A DNA stretch of 64,000 bases from Marsupella aquatica (GCA_973895155.1 OZ316895.1:10590184-10654183), one strand, 5' to 3'; numbered from the stretch's first letter, positions 38,400 to 53,276 are shown. Notes: a model not told the origin generated them from the sequence alone. Numbers and translations: made by a program.

Positions 38400-39400
38400 C
38401 TCTAGCAATCTGTCTTCCGACATTGTCGTTTCCTTGTGTCGTGCTTGTGGACAGAAAAATTATATGACGAACAGATTTAGCTTGTGAAGTAGGCAATTAT
38501 TGAGCAGGAAATACCAAACATTGCTCCACAATTTGATGTAGCTTAGTGAGCGTTGCCCTACTTTTCTTGGAGTGGAGATCCGAATCAGTAACAAACAAAA
38601 GAACATAACAATTTCATAAGGATGAAACGAGCACACTGACTGCACCATCGCCCTTGTGGGTTCTTACAGATCCAATCTATTACACAAGCTCGTATTTCAG
38701 GAGTTCATAAAGGAGGCAGCTTGAAATCAAAGACCAGTCTGCATGTAGGACTTCAAATTGTATCTCCATATATGGTTTTTGAAAGGGAAGAGCTAACCCA
38801 ATGCGCCATTGCACCGGACAGAGCTCGGCTTGATTTGGCAGTAAGAAATACTATCTAGCAATTGATAGACCAGGGCTCTACAAGTTTCTACGAGCACAGT
38901 CGATGCCTTTTCATGATCAAATTGAAAATATTAGAAGTGAAGCTGATTTGAGAGGTCACTTGATAAGGACACAGATCATTATTGGAGCGAACAGAAGCAA
39001 CGACTCTGTCAAACGCATTGACTCTCAAGAGGCGCGTTTGCAAGAGGCTGTGGTAAAAAGGATTGTGTTTAAAGAGACGTTCAGATATGGATAAAGGATT
39101 TTGATGAAATCATCCGGGAGTTCCAGGGTGAGAGGTCAATGTGGTTATTGTGAGGAAGAAGGAACGGAAACTAAGAGATGAGGAACTCGGGGCGGAGGAG
39201 TAGGTTTGGCTGCTGAAAGGCGAAAAAGATTGAAAGGTTCAGGTGACGATTAGAGCTGTTTGGGAGACAGTAGCAGGAATGCATTTGTTGAAGTTCAGGA
39301 GAGAAACGATCGAATGTGATTTCTGTGATGAGAAGAATTGGGTTGAAAACTGATTTATAATGTGAATGGGACGTAAGGAATCGGGAAGTGTAATGGAGAA
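38400..39400 (-). mobile_element. Possible highly decayed DNA-transposon (MULE-like) coding remnant
   Basis: A stop-riddled minus frame contains KLLCSF..ATSNCGAMFGI, which recalls MULE/FAR1 N-terminal Zn domains. Repeated 'gttttatttaccc' motifs lie at 38190-38240. Support is weak. Confidence 0.22.
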
Positions 39401-40555
39401 GATAGGGGTCCACGAACTAATTTCTGTTTATTTAATGGTGCCAAAGGTAAGAAAAGGGGCAGGACTAGAGGGGGCAAGGGAGTGAAGAAATAGGGAAAAG
39501 GGGGAGAGAAAAATTAAAATGTTCCCCTCCCAATAACATTCATTTGTGCAACCACACCTTGACCACGACAAGCCCCAAGGGACCATCACCTCTCTTGCAC
39601 TCACTCTCACCCTCCCAAATCCTTGCTCTCTCAACAACATGCACTCACAACAATAGCATGAAATAAAAATACAAAAGTGAAGGCAACTGTTTTTACATTT
39701 TTTATTCAATTTATTTGTTTTAGCTTTTGTATAAAAATGGTCTCAAATTTTGTTATTCCATCTAATCCTCCAACATTCTCTTGAAGAAGGTTTTTGCACA
39801 ATGCTCCAGACATGTTTTCTCCACAAGACCCACCTTGCTTGACGTGCCCCGTTGTCTCTATTAGTCTCCATTGTGCTCTAAATCTTTCCCCAACTATTTG
39901 CCCCCATTTTGCATCTTGGTCCTCACTTTTGTTCCATCTTTTGTATCATCAACAATAAAGATTTCTTGCCTGACTATTATCCATGTATTCTCACTAGGTA
40001 CCCATTTGAGCCTTATCCCATATTTTTCTGTTGACTTCAATTACACCATTTCATGTGCTAGTTTGAACAAGATCTACACATTGACAAAACTTTCCACATG
40101 AAATCAGCTAGAAAGATTTTTGGCAAATCCAATATTTTTAGTTTGATCCACCTAAAAACCCAAGCCTTGAGTCAACATTTCTTTACCTTACCTCAATGTT
40201 TCTATGAAATGCTTTTTGGCGTTGGGTTTGGCAACAAGATGGCCGCAATAACCTTATAGTTGCAACACCTTCATGACCGAAATAATTGCATCGCCATAAT
40301 GAGAACATGGTCTCAACAACATTTGAGATGTCTAAAGAACTTTCTTACCTCACTTGCATTTATTTGCATTGTTCTACATTTCTTTGGCTTACGTGCATAT
40401 TTTTGCTTCACCTCAACATTTTGTCTCACCTCAACATTTTTTGCCTCACCGCAACATCTAAACTTGCCTAAAAAAGTTTTGCCTTGCCTCAACATCTTTG
40501 CCTTACCTCAACATTTTTGCCTTGCCTTGACATGGCTGCAACTGTGGACACTAGT

Positions 40556-41168
40556 CCGAACAAGGCTACAGGTTGTTTTTTCTTTGGCAAACTGGATAGT
40601 GCAATCAGGTCCCCAAAATGCAACCCTGGCTTCCTTTTACTCATTCACACGATGATTCGCAGCATCTGGTTGGAGCGTTGCCAATGCACTTTCCAAGCTA
40701 ACTCTGCTCGGTTTCCTTTGCATCTCATTCTCCATGGCATTGTTCATGCTACACTTAACTGTACTAGCAGTGTGCATAAGGCTTGGCGGTTGAGTCGGAC
40801 ACTCGGTGACATTACTATTATGATTGAACGGGAGAGGCGGTGACACTGCTCTCCTATAGTCTCATTTTAGGGGTGTCTGCCTGGCTGTTCTATGTGGTAC
40901 AACTAACTCCTCTCTTGGGAGGTGTTTTGTTTCAGGCTTCTTGCCTTTGTTGGATGGTTGGCCCTTGTAATTGCTGTCACCCTTGTGCGTGGGGTGGTTT
41001 CCTTGGGGTGGTTTTGCCCCGGCCTTTTGAGTGTGGTTTTTGTGTGCTTTGGACACCTGGGGTCAGTTGTTCTTTGTGCCCCGCTGGTCTTGCCGCGGTG
41101 GCCTCTGGAATAAATGGGCGCTCTGCTCCCTTCTTTTTATAAAAGAAAAAAAAGAAAAGAAAAAAAGA
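40556..41168 (+). mobile_element. 5'-truncated L1-type LINE (ORF2 C-terminus, 3'UTR and A-rich tail)
   Basis: ORF 40484..40843 contains LLIHTMIRSIWLERCQCTF, like the plant L1 ORF2 C-terminal WxIWxERNxRxF motif. A GT-rich UTR, AATAAA near 41109 and an A-rich tail at 41141-41166 follow. Confidence 0.6.
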
Positions 41169-42829
41169 GAGTGGTTGGGTTAGTTTATATATAGAGGTGC
41201 CTACCAGCTAATTTGTAAATGGACTTAAGATTTTAATAATTAATTAGTTCTTGAGCGAACCAGGATGGAAGTATGGCAATCGTACATCCAACCACTCCTC
41301 TAACCGGTCATTTTGGTGCAACCTTTCACTCCGGTTACCGGTCACTCGTAAGGATACTCTGAATAGCCCCTGAATCTGCGTATTCCTAGCAGATCAAAGA
41401 GGAACTTCACAAAGCTTGCACGGCGACACGAATCAATCCGCTCATCCACCTCTGAAAACAAATCCAGAAGCCACCGAAGAGATTTGGAGCAGCATTCCAA
41501 TCAATGAAGGCCGGGAATCGATTCTAGACGAAGTAGATCCGTATCATCGTGGGGCGACACAAGACCTCGAAGAGCACTCTACTGCTCTGCTCAGCTCTGC
41601 TCGACATTCGGCGGTGCTCCCCTGCGACGGTAATGTCAATTTTGGACACTTCTCTCCCACAGAGAAAATGATCCCTCCCTGGAGATGACTCAGTGAAACG
41701 TGACCCATTTTCGCTTCCATCCAATTGCTGGGATCTTCTCTGCTTGTGAATGACTAGTTGTCAATTTTGGCTACCCATGGCGTGACCCCGCAATTCTCGA
41801 GTTCACGAGGGGGTGACATGTACACTCGTCTCTCCATTTCGAAAGGGAGTCGGTCAGAGAAATTAGCAGCCAGCTGAAGCTAGCATGCTCGGTATGGTAC
41901 AGTAGTCTCGCAGACACTCGATACTCGGGAGCATTTTCGCTCGATGCAGAGTATACCTGAGTTCTCCTCTCAGAGAGATACTTGCTCTGCAATCCTATGT
42001 CCAAGCTATTAACTGGGTAGAAGATATCGAGACGAAGAACTTATTTCTGTCCCTTACTTTCCGCACACCATGTTGAGTCCTACATTGTAGAGGTTAGGAC
42101 GGACACCATCGTCCCAACGGTGCCCCCCCTCTCTATACTTTAGACAATGTGATCTAAGGGTTCGGGTTTTGCTGTTCATGTAAGGAGAAGTTCATGACCT
42201 CTAATGCTTGCTATCGAGAAGAATTGCTCACGAAACATAGAGGGACGCACAAGGAGAATGGTCAAAGATTCGTACTGAATTTGAAGGTAAAGCGAATTAG
42301 CAAACTCTACCAACAGCTCACATAGCAGAGTAGACGGTCTCCAAACAACCGACGGGCTTGGCACAGCTCACATAACAGAGTAGACGGTCCCCAAACAACC
42401 GACGGGAATGGCAGGAACGTAATTGGTCAAGTTATCGAGGAACTGTGCAGTGGTAGCCAACTAACCTGCCACGTTTTGGGTAAAGGTGAGGCGGCCGTGA
42501 CATCAACCTTAGCATTTATGTCGTCCAAGACTTTGCCCGCGGGATCCATGCCAGCAGTATCCTTCGATGCCTTACCCACAATTATACCAATGAGAAGAGA
42601 GAGAATTGGATTTAGTAATGATCTGGGTTTTCGCCCGTGGTTTGCTAGTAAAGCAGAGTGTAGAGAACTCGAATGAATCATACCAACTAGTGAATTATTT
42701 GGCAACGAGTAAGTGAGTCCAGCATTCCCTCGAGGAAATGGTAGAGAATCCTCCTGGTCGAATTCGGATTGGAGATCTCAGACGAACGGACTTTGCGTCG
42801 TGGGCTTGGATTTCAGAAACAGTAGAACG

Positions 42830-45074
42830 ATGTCAGACCTCGCAAAGCAATGGAGTCTCCACGGCAAGACTGCCCTGGTTACTGGCGGCACCAAGGGAAT
42901 TGGGTACTGTTTCTTTCTCAACAATCAATCATTCTCTTTGTCTGTCTCTGTGGGTGTGCAGGCTGGATTGCTTGTTTCAGCTCAGCATTTTGTGTGATTA
43001 TAATAGCACATGAGCACTTCCTTCTGGTTCTGTCCCGTCCTCAACTGGATCGCTGGACTTGTTTGGATTGCAGGCCTATTTGGAACTGTGAATCAAAGCC
43101 ATATATTGTGATTTTTAGTTTTGTTTTAAACGAAATGCACCGCAGCGGCAGCGTATGCGTGAGCAGCATTCGTGTTCTTCAGAAGCTTTCGATGAGGCTC
43201 TCTCATCCCCCTGCATTTCACGAACTGGTCATTCTAAGAGATATAAGAGTCTAGCTGACATCGTCGGACTCTTTCCCTTTGTTCGGAGGAAGATCAGCGA
43301 ATCAGTAAATGTCTCTATTTGTTTGTTTACTTGTCTGCCTCCCTGCCTCTCTGACTTCCTGCTGCCTCTTACAATTTTTTATAACCTCTTCGTCCTCCCG
43401 TTTGTTGTTCTCGGCAGCAGCTGACGATGATATGCGTTTTGTGTTGGTTCAGAAAGGCTGTGGCGGACGAGCTTCTTGGCCTGGGAGCATCCGTGTATGT
43501 TTGTGGCCGGTCAGAGGAGACCCTCGATGCAGTCCTGAAAACTTGGAAAGAGGCAGGGTACAATGTTGGTGGGTCCAGTGCGGACGTTTCGTCCAGAGAA
43601 GCACGAAGAGAGCTGATGAAGAAGGTCGAGTCGTTTTTTAAAGGGAAGCTGGATATTCTGGTACTGTCGTCTCTTCTTCCATGGAATTTTCGTTCATTTT
43701 CATTCCAATGACTTTCATATTGTCTCGGTTTCTTCTTCCTCAAATTCCAAATCTTATTCTCTTTCGCGTTTCCCTCCTTGCTCCGAGCTCCTCCGAATGA
43801 AGCTTCAGGGAGGAGCTTGAAGTTCAGTAAGGTTTTTAATTGACTCTGCCCAAATTTAAGATGTTACCTACAGATTCTCAACAAGAGGTGTTATTCATAT
43901 TACTCCTGAGTGTGATTCAAGCTAATTAGGCAGTCCACAGTAGTAAATAGGCTAAAAGAGGTGGCTTGTGACGATGACAGTGGTCTAACACGAAGTACTT
44001 GATCAATTCAGGTGAACAATGCAGGTTCAAATATCCGAAAACCGACACTTGAGTACACTGCTGAGGAATTTTCCTTTTTAATGTCCACAAATTTTGAATC
44101 AGTTTATCACTTGAATCAGTTGGCTCACCCTCTGTTGAAGGCCTCTGGGAAGTCAAGCATTGTTTTTGTCTCCTCGGTTGCTGGAGTCACTGGAATTCGT
44201 TCAGGCACAGTGTATGCAGCTTCGAAAGGTAATTCTTTCATCGATATCCTAGCCTCTAAACTCACACTGTAAGAGAAACCATTAGTCGTGCAAAGGAGTG
44301 TAACTAGCTTGTCTAAGTAAAGGACGAGTGTGAAAGGAGGACAGCATTTTATGCACTGTTTCCTTGAAATCTTTCGGTCTACTTTTTTGAAATCAGGAAA
44401 TGAAATCAGTTTAGCCTCAATAACTGTTTCCGTTGTTCGATTTGCCACTCGTTGCAGCTTCTATCAATCAAATCGCGAAGAACTTGGGGTGTGAGTGGGC
44501 CAAGGATGGCATTCGAGTAAATTCAGTTGCCCCGTGGTACATAAAGACAGAGTTGGTGGAGAAGGTCTTACTTCGCGTCCCTGTAACCCGTGATTGACAT
44601 TTTCCTCTAGGGAACAAAGTTTCTGTTCTACTTTCAATTCCACAACCTGCGGGTTCGTATTTTCTCTCATTTGAAAGTAAAAAATATTTAATGTAAAGAG
44701 ATATATGTCGGACGAGCAACCCACCGAAGTGTTCTCGTTGTTAATCAACCTGAAGGTAATAAATATTTTTCTTGCGTATGTCCGTCTTACGGACGCTTAA
44801 TAATTTGAGACAGACCACATGCCCGGTCACGAGATTTCATTTACATCAGTTCACTTACATGATTGTGTTGATCCACGTGCAGCTATTTGACGACAAAGGT
44901 TTCTCGGATGACGTGATCCAGCGGACACCGATGAGGCGAATTGGGACCTGCCAGGAAGTTGCTTCTGTAGTTGCATTTCTGTGTCTCCCTGCAGCCTCTT
45001 ATGTGACTGGTCAAGTTATCTCCGTAGATGGAGGATTGACCGCCAATGGCTTCTATCCTCTCATTGACGCTTGA
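42830..45074 (+). CDS. Tropinone reductase-like short-chain dehydrogenase/reductase, copy 1 (265 aa)
   Basis: Exons 42830-42903, 43453-43660, 44012-44228, 44458-44564 and 44883-45074 total 798 nt. Motifs: [39 protein letters not shown], catalytic [20 protein letters not shown] and [14 protein letters not shown]. Confidence 0.93.
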
Positions 45075-47754
45075 GACAACAAGTAGATGGGAACTTCAGC
45101 TGCTGCAACGACTGGTCGGAGGAGAAGTGCACGAGCACATTTCCCATTTGAAAGAAAGCATGGGAAGTGGACTCTAATGCACATCGGTACAAAAATTTGA
45201 AGTCAATTTGCTTCGCTTGTGTAGTGGACTTGTGACAGACAAGTGTAAAGTTGTGCGTGTATGGTCACAACTTTTGTTTGGGACATACGATTGAGTGTTC
45301 TATCAACGGAGCATTCAAACGGCTATGCACCAGACTACAACGACCAGCATTGGGAAATGAAGTGTTAACAGACTCTCCTCGGTCGTGGAAGTTAGTATCC
45401 TGGACTGACAGAATGAATGAACGGAAGGAACAGTTAAGCAATTTTGAGAGAGATACAGAGGCTGCTCCCAGGGGGGCAAGCTATTTGTGATGAGTACTCT
45501 CACAAATTAATGAATTAATGTCGTAAGTCACAGATGAGGACAATGAGATAGTTGATAGATGTAATGCGATTAACAGGAATCAAAACATTTAAATAAAGGT
45601 TGCACCGTGTACATTGAAACAATGTTCGTATCAAGAAGCAGACCTACACAGTCCAGAATCACACTGTACTAGTTAAGATGTTTTATATGTGGTTTGATAC
45701 AAAGGCTCTACTATGAGAATTCTGAATTGTTACTTGTCAAATTTCAGGACAACATACCAATTCGAGTGACTAGTAAGATTAGCTGGCGATTCCTTACAGC
45801 AAAACAGACATGTCGATTTGATATTCATATCGGCTAACAAATTTGAACGTAATGGTTAAACAGAATGACTCGGTTGTGCTCTTCGTAAGTGAAACGAAGG
45901 ACCATAATGTAGATGTCCAATGAGAACAGTCTAATCATCACAAAGTTGTGAGCACGAAGCGCGAGACATCCCCGACTCCTCACAACAAAAGCATTGGTCA
46001 TCCACAGACCAGACACAAACAATTCAACAAATTCGGCATCTTCTGCAAAGTTTGAACGATGAATAATGGGTCAGACGGAATTTGCTGCTTCAGTGCGAGT
46101 CTCTGGCCTCTCTTCTCCGGGGGGCGGTTGTTTGGGGTTCACACCCCTTTTGTGGTGAAAAGATTAAAAAACATTGAATATATTTGTGAGTGAGGCCCAA
46201 AATTTTAATAATTAACGAGTTTTTGAGCGGAACAGGAATGGCAATACGGCAGTCGTGCAATCACTCGGCTAACCGGTCGTTCGTGCATCCCAGGACTCCA
46301 GTAACCGGTCACTCGTAAGGATACACTGAATCGCCCCTGAATCTGCGAGACGATTGTCGCTTCATAGAAGATCAAAGAGGAACATCACAAAGCTGCACGG
46401 CGACACGAATTAATCCGCTCATCACCTCTCAAACAAATCTTGCGCCTCCCGAAGCAAGCGAAGAGATTTGGAGGACCATTCCAATCAATGAAAGCCGAGA
46501 ATCGATCCGACTTGAAGTAGATCGGAATCATCTTGCGACGACACAAGACCTTGGAGAACAGTTTGCTGCGACGTAATTGCCAACGGTAATGTCAATTGTG
46601 AACACTTCTCTCCCACAGAGAAGATGATCCCTCCCCGGGATGACTCATTGAAACGTGACCGATTTTCGCTTCTTGTGAATGACTAGTTGTCAATTTCTGG
46701 GATCTTCTCTGCTTGTGAATGACTAGTTGTCAATTTTGGCTACCCGTGGCGTGACCCCGCAATGCTCGAGGTCACGAGCGGGTGACATGTATACTCACCT
46801 CTCCATTTCGAGTCGGAGTCGGTCAGACAAATTAGCAGCCAGCTGGAGCTCTCTATAGCCTGCTCGGTATGGTACAGTAGTCTCGCACACTCGGTAGTCG
46901 GGAGCATTCGCGTTTCATGCAGAGGAGACCTGGGTTCGCCGTTCAGAGAGATACTGGCTTTGAAATCCTATGTCCAAGCTATAAACTTGGTAGAAGATAG
47001 AGAGACGCAGAACTTAGTTGCGTCCCTTACTTTCCTGATACCATGTTGCCTCCTACAATTGAGGTTAGGACGGACACCATCGTCCCAACGGTGCTCCCTC
47101 TCTCTACACACAGGACCATGTGATCTAAGGGTACGGGTTTCGCTGTTCATGTAAGGAGAAGATCATGACCTTTAATGCCTTCTATCGAGAAGAATTACAG
47201 CTCTCGAAACATAGAGGGAGGCACAAGGAGAATGGACAAAGATTCGTACCGGGTTTGAAGGTCAAGCGAATTAGCGAACTCCCGCCGGTCTCCAGACAAC
47301 CGACGGGAATGGCAGGAATGTAATTGGTAAAGTTACGGAAGCACTGTGGAGTGCCAGCCAACTGACCTGCCACGTTTTGGGTTATCATACTAGTTTGGCG
47401 GCCGTGACGTCAACCGTTAGCATTAATGTGGTCCAAGACTTTGCCCGTGGGATCCATGCCAGCAGTATCCTTCGATAGCTTACTAACAATTATACCAATG
47501 AGAAGAGTGAGAATTGGATCTATTTGTACCTTTTTCGTGTGGGTCTTCGCCCGTGGTTTGCTACAGTAGTGCAGCAGAGTGTCGAGAACTTGGAAAGTAT
47601 CACACAACTTAGTGAATTATTTGGCAACGAGTAAGTGAAGCCAGAATTGCCTGGAGGAACTGGTAGAGAATTCCGCTGGTCGAATTCGGATCGGAGATCT
47701 CAGACGAACGGACTGTGCGTTGTGGGCTTGTTTTCCAACAGAAAGAGTAGAACG

Positions 47755-50439
47755 ATGTCAGACCTCGCAAAGCGTTGGAGTCTCCAGGGCAAGACCGCTC
47801 TGGTTACTGGCGGCACCAGGGGCATTGGGTACTGTTCTATCCCAACAATAAATAACTTTCTCTGTCTGTCTCTCTATGGCTGTGCAGGCTGGATTGCTTG
47901 TTTCAGCTGAGCATTTTTTGTGCTTGTTATGCTGAAGAAAATTAGCACTTCCTTCTTGTTCTATCCTTCCCCAAACTGCATCGCTGGTCTTGTTTGGATT
48001 TCAGGTCTATTTGGAACAGTGAATCAAAGCCATGGATTAATAGTGATTGTATTTTTTTTTAAACATGCACCGTAGCGGCAGCGTGTGAGTGAGCAGCATT
48101 TTTCTTCTTCAGAAGCTTTCCATGAGGCTCTCTCAACCCCCTGCACTTCACGAACTGGTTATTCTAAAGAGATACACAGCCTGCTTAAATACGGTAGAGA
48201 CTTGCTGGCGTCGTCTGACTATTTCCCTTTGTTCGGAGGAAGATCAGCGAATCAGTCAATGTCTTGATTTGTTTGTTTTGATTGTCTGCCGCCCTGTCCC
48301 TCTGACTTCCTGCTGCCTCTTGGAATCATTTTGGACCTGTTCGTCTTCCCGTTTGTTGTTCTTGGCAGCAGCTGAGAATGAATATGCGTTTTGTGTTGGT
48401 TCAGGAAGGCTGTGGCGGACGAGCTTCTTGGCCTGGGAGCATCCGTGTATGTTTGCGGCCGGTCAGAAGAGACCCTCGAAGCAGTATTGAAGACGTGGAA
48501 AGAGGCACGGTACAATGTTGGTGGGTCCAGTGCGGACGTTTCGTCCAGAGAAGCACGAAGAGAGCTGATGAAGAAGGTCGAGTCGTTTTTTAAAGGGAAG
48601 CTGGATATTCTGGTACTGTTATCTCTTCTTCCATGGAATTCTCTTTCATTCTCCATCCAATGACACCACTGTGTCATATTGGCTCGGTTTTTTCTTCCTC
48701 AAGTTCCAATTCTGATTCTCTTGAGCGTTTCCCTCCTTGCTCCGAACTCCTCCAAATGGGGATTCCGGGGCTTCAACTCAATTCGAACATTTATGCTTCA
48801 GTTTTTCTCTATATGTTTCTGGTGGGGAAAAGTATATTTCAAATGAAATTAGTCGGGTTCTCTGTGAACCTCTTACAACTGCTGTTTATACTTGTCATTG
48901 GTGTGACGGGTCGGGAAACTTGCTGGCATGTTATTATCCGCCAGGAATTTCGCTACCTGTATGGGCTGATATCAGTTTGAGCAGTATCCTCTTTTCTGGG
49001 TTTTGATCTTCTGGTTGGCATTTTGTGGGTCTTCGAAATGAGAGTTTAATGTTTGTCCAGAGGCTCATCTAGGTTGGTATGAAACATTTGCCTGCATTTC
49101 AAGTTTCGGCGTTTTCGGTGCAAAATTAATCCACCTTTTCAAGACCGTGATGCAATGGCTACTTTACGCCGTTTGAATTTAAAATTCAGTAAGGCTTTTA
49201 TTGACTCTGCCCAAATTAAACATGTTACCTCCCCAATCTTAACAAGAGGTGTTATTCATAGTACTCCTGACTGTAGATTCAAACTAATTAGGCAATCCAA
49301 AGTAGTAATTAGGCTAAAAGAGGTGGCTTGTGACGATGATGCTCTCTAACACGAAGTACTTGATCGATTCAGGTTAATAACGTGGGTTCAAACATCCGAA
49401 AACCGACTATTGAGTACACTGCTGAGGAATTTTCCTTTGTAATGTCTACAAATTTTGAATCAGTTTACCACTTGAATCAGCTGGCTCACCCTCTGTTGAA
49501 GGCCTCTGGGAAGTCAAGCATTGTTTTTGTCTCCTCGGTTGCTGGAGTCACTGGAATTCGTTCAGGCACACTGTATGCAGCTTCGAAAGGTAATTCTTTC
49601 ATCGATGTCCAGGCCTTTGAACTCACACTGATAAGAAGAATCATTTGTCGTGCAAGGCAAATGATGAGCATGGCTTAGTAAGAACGAATTTGAAAATGGA
49701 GAAACCATTTTATGCAGTCACTGTCTTCTTGAAATCTTTCGGTCTACTCTTTTGAAATCAGAATTTGATATCAGTTTAGCCTCAATAGTAGTTTCAAATT
49801 TTCTATTTGCTACTGGTTGCAGCTTCTATCAATCAAATTGCGAAGAACTTGGGGTGTGAGTGGGCCAAGGATGGAATTCGAGTAAATTCAGTTGCCCCGT
49901 GGTACATAAAGACAGACTTGGTGGAGAAGGTCTTTCTTCGCGTCCCTCTTATACGTGATTGACATTTTCCTCTAGGGAAGAAAGTTTCTGTTCTACTGTT
50001 CATTCCACAACATGCGTGTTCGTATTTACTCTCGTTTGAAAGTCAATAGTAATTTGTGTAATGAGATATACGTCGGACCAGCAACCCACCGAAGTATTCT
50101 CGTTGTAAATCAACCTCAAGGTAATAAATATTTTTCTTGCTTATGTGCGTCTTACGGACGCTTAATAACTTGAGACAAACCACATGCCCGATCAGGAGAT
50201 CCCATTTACACCAGTTCACTTACATGATTGTGTTGATCCACGTGCAGTCACTTCAAGATGAAGGTTTCTCGAATGAGGTGATCCAGCGGACACCGATGAG
50301 GCGAATTGGGACCTGCCAGGAAGTTGCTTCTGTCGTTGCCTTTCTATGTCTCCCTGCAGCCTCTTATGTGACTGGTCAAGTTATCTCCATAGATGGAGGA
50401 TTCACCGCCAATGGCTTCTATCCTCTCATTGACGCTTGA
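47755..50439 (+). CDS. Tropinone reductase-like short-chain dehydrogenase/reductase, copy 2 (265 aa)
   Basis: Exons 47755-47828, 48405-48612, 49373-49589, 49823-49929 and 50248-50439 have the same lengths as copy 1. [13 protein letters not shown] and YAASK are intact. Confidence 0.93.
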
Positions 50440-53276
50440 GACAACGAGTAGATGGGACCGCTAGTGCAACGACTGCTCTGAGGAGAAGCGTACGAGCACC
50501 TTTTCCCATTTGAAAGAAAGCAGGGGCAGTGGACTCTGATGCACATTGGTACAGAAAATGAAGTCAATCTGCTCCGCTGGTGTAGTGGACGTGTGACAGA
50601 CGAGTATAAAGTTGTGCGTGTATGGTCACAACTTTTGGTTAACTTGGGACTTAATTTTGAGTGTTCTATCAACGGAGCATTGAAACGAGTATGAACGAGG
50701 AGACAACGACCAGCATTGGGAAATGAAGTGGCAACCGGCTCCTCGTCGTGGAAGTTAGTATCCTGGATTGACAGAATGACTGAATGGCAGGAGTTGTTCA
50801 GCGATTTTCAGAGAGATAGAGAGAGTGGAAACCAAAAACGTTCAGGCTGCTCCCAGGCAGGTAATTGCGATGCATATTATCACAAATTAATTTCGTAAGT
50901 GACAGATGAGGACGAAGTGATAGTTGACAGCTGTAACACGAATAAGAGTTATCAAAACAGACTTCAGTAGATTGCATCGTGTACATTGAAGATGCAGACC
51001 TTCTCAGTCCAGAATCACACTGTACAAATTAAGATGTTTTAAATGTAGTTAAATACAATAAAGGCTCTACCATGATAATTCTGAATTGTTACTTGTCAAC
51101 TTTCAGGACAAGATACCATTTCGAGTGACTAGTCAGAGGATACGGATAATTTAGCTGACAATCGCTTGAAGCAAAACAGTCATCACTTTTGATATTCAGA
51201 TCGGGCTAACAAACTTTTATGTCATGGTAAAACAAAATGACCAGGTTATGCTCTTCGTAACAAATGACAATAATGTAGTTGCCCAATCAGAACAGTCTAA
51301 TCATCTCAAAACTGTGAGGACGAAGCGCGACACATCCCCAACTGCTCACAACAAAAGCAATGGTCATTGACAGACTTGTGTCTAAACAGACAGAACCAAT
51401 TCAATAAATTCGGCATCCTCAGCAAAGTTTGAAAGATGAATAACGGGACAGACGGAATCTGCTGCCTCATGCGTCTTTGATTCATCCACAGCATGACCCC
51501 TCCCTCATAATTCTTCCCAGATTGCCTAATGCAGAGTACACAAGTAAGTTGTCGCTGACGGTTTATTGCTGACTTGCCCTCTGGTACTGACCCGATGACT
51601 GCCCTTGTTTTACTTGAAGCCAAGTTCGATATTTTGTGGTGCCACGAAGGTTAGATGTAGTAGATGTCAAGATGCTTGCTTCAATTGCAAGCTTATCAAT
51701 TTGAATGAAATCTACTCATTCACAAGTGAAGTTGATGACAGTCGACACTCTCCTTCCGAACGCATCTGAAATCACAATTTATTGCGCTGGGCAGCAGAAT
51801 TGTTTCTATTAATTATTAATTAGTTGCGTAAATCTAGTTACTACTATGATACGTTAGTCTTGAAGCATCCAAATGGCTTCAAATCCTCGTAGTCCCTAAA
51901 CAGAAAGAAAAAGTGCCTTGGCTCCAATGAGTAACACTTTTTTTTGCCTTGTCAACAGAGCTCATCCAATCCATCCAATCCAGAGCATGCATTTCTATGT
52001 AGGGTAGCCGCCCCAAGGGAACAGTACCCAGGGATCCCAAGAGGGACCAGACCAGGAGAGAGAGGATTAAACCAGAACCCCAAAGAAGCCAGCAAGGGCC
52101 CTGAGGAGATAATCAATACTCACACCACTACACCCCACCCACAATGAGGGACACTTTCACCAGGCTCCATAGAAAAAAATCTGCATCACGTGTGAAGAAA
52201 GGGAAAGAAAAAAGAGGGAGCTTTCTTTTCGGGAGTGTATGGACCACATGCCTAGATGAACCACATAATTTCAAGGGAATGTTCAATTCATCCCCAATAT
52301 ATCCCATGGATTTCCAGAATTCATTCCAATTTCCTTAAGCCACCCCAAGATACTTATGTGTCACAATCTGAGGGTGTGTCTTTATGCTAACTCTATGAGA
52401 GTACATTTCTTAGCATGATTATGGTAAATGTGTGGGGTGTATATATCATCATGAAGAAAGATACTACCTGAGTATCGAGCAAGGTTATTGGGTTCTTTGT
52501 GCTATATGATGATCCATTCAGGTTCTTGCTCTGTCCGCCTCCGTCTACAATTGTTTTTCCTAAAAAACCAGCCTGTGAAGGGGCTATGTACACTATTCCA
52601 TGAGCTCTGCTATGCATTTGCTCCTGATGAACATGGTTAAGATCTTGCTCAAGATTCCTGAACATTCAAGGGCTACCACTTCTCTCTTTGAAGGCTGATG
52701 GAACATTTCTTTACATCAAATGGACCATGTAGGTGAGCAAGGCACCACACACTACTGTAAATGCAAAAAATTTATGACAATACTGTCAATTTAAATATCT
52801 TTAGTGGCAAAGTGATTAATTTCTCTCCTCATTGTTTTTCAAGGAACTGGAGATGAGCCTAGTTTTGCTAAAGGCCCCTCATAATTTTCCAGGACATCCT
52901 TGTCCAAATGCCACATTTTTGAGTTGTGGTCCAGTAGGTTTTTGATGGTAATCAAAAGGGCCCGCATAATTATCCGGAACGTCCTTTTCTGAATGCCACA
53001 TTTTTTTAATTTATGCTCGAGTAGAGCATCTCAAATACAATGAATTTTTGTGATTTTTGAGCATGACCTCGTCCGGGCGGGAGTGTTGTGACCTGAGGCA
53101 GCAGGAACAACTGGTGGGGCACCAAATGTGAGGCTCGACCAGTCACGCCGGGGAGTAGTGACCAAAACGGAGGGCCAATTGTGATGAGGAGAGGTCCGGA
53201 TTTCAGTGTGTTCATTGATTCACCTTCCGAGTTTCACACACTATCGCAACCCCTCTCAAATCTGGGAACCCAAAAA

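Larger units (their letters stand above)
41220..51480 (+). repeat. Tandem segmental duplication of about 5 kb (unit 1 ~41220-46100, unit 2 ~46195-51480), each with one SDR gene
   Basis: Upstream regions (ttttaataattaa...ccggtcactcgtaaggatac..), introns and downstream regions (..gacggaat(t/c)tgctgc) are collinear between the two units. Confidence 0.92.

Noticed and set aside
51938-52230. Possible minus-strand retroposon 3' end (T-run then purine-rich tract)
   Set aside because: The A-tail is short, and I found no ORF2 motif or TSD, so support is insufficient.
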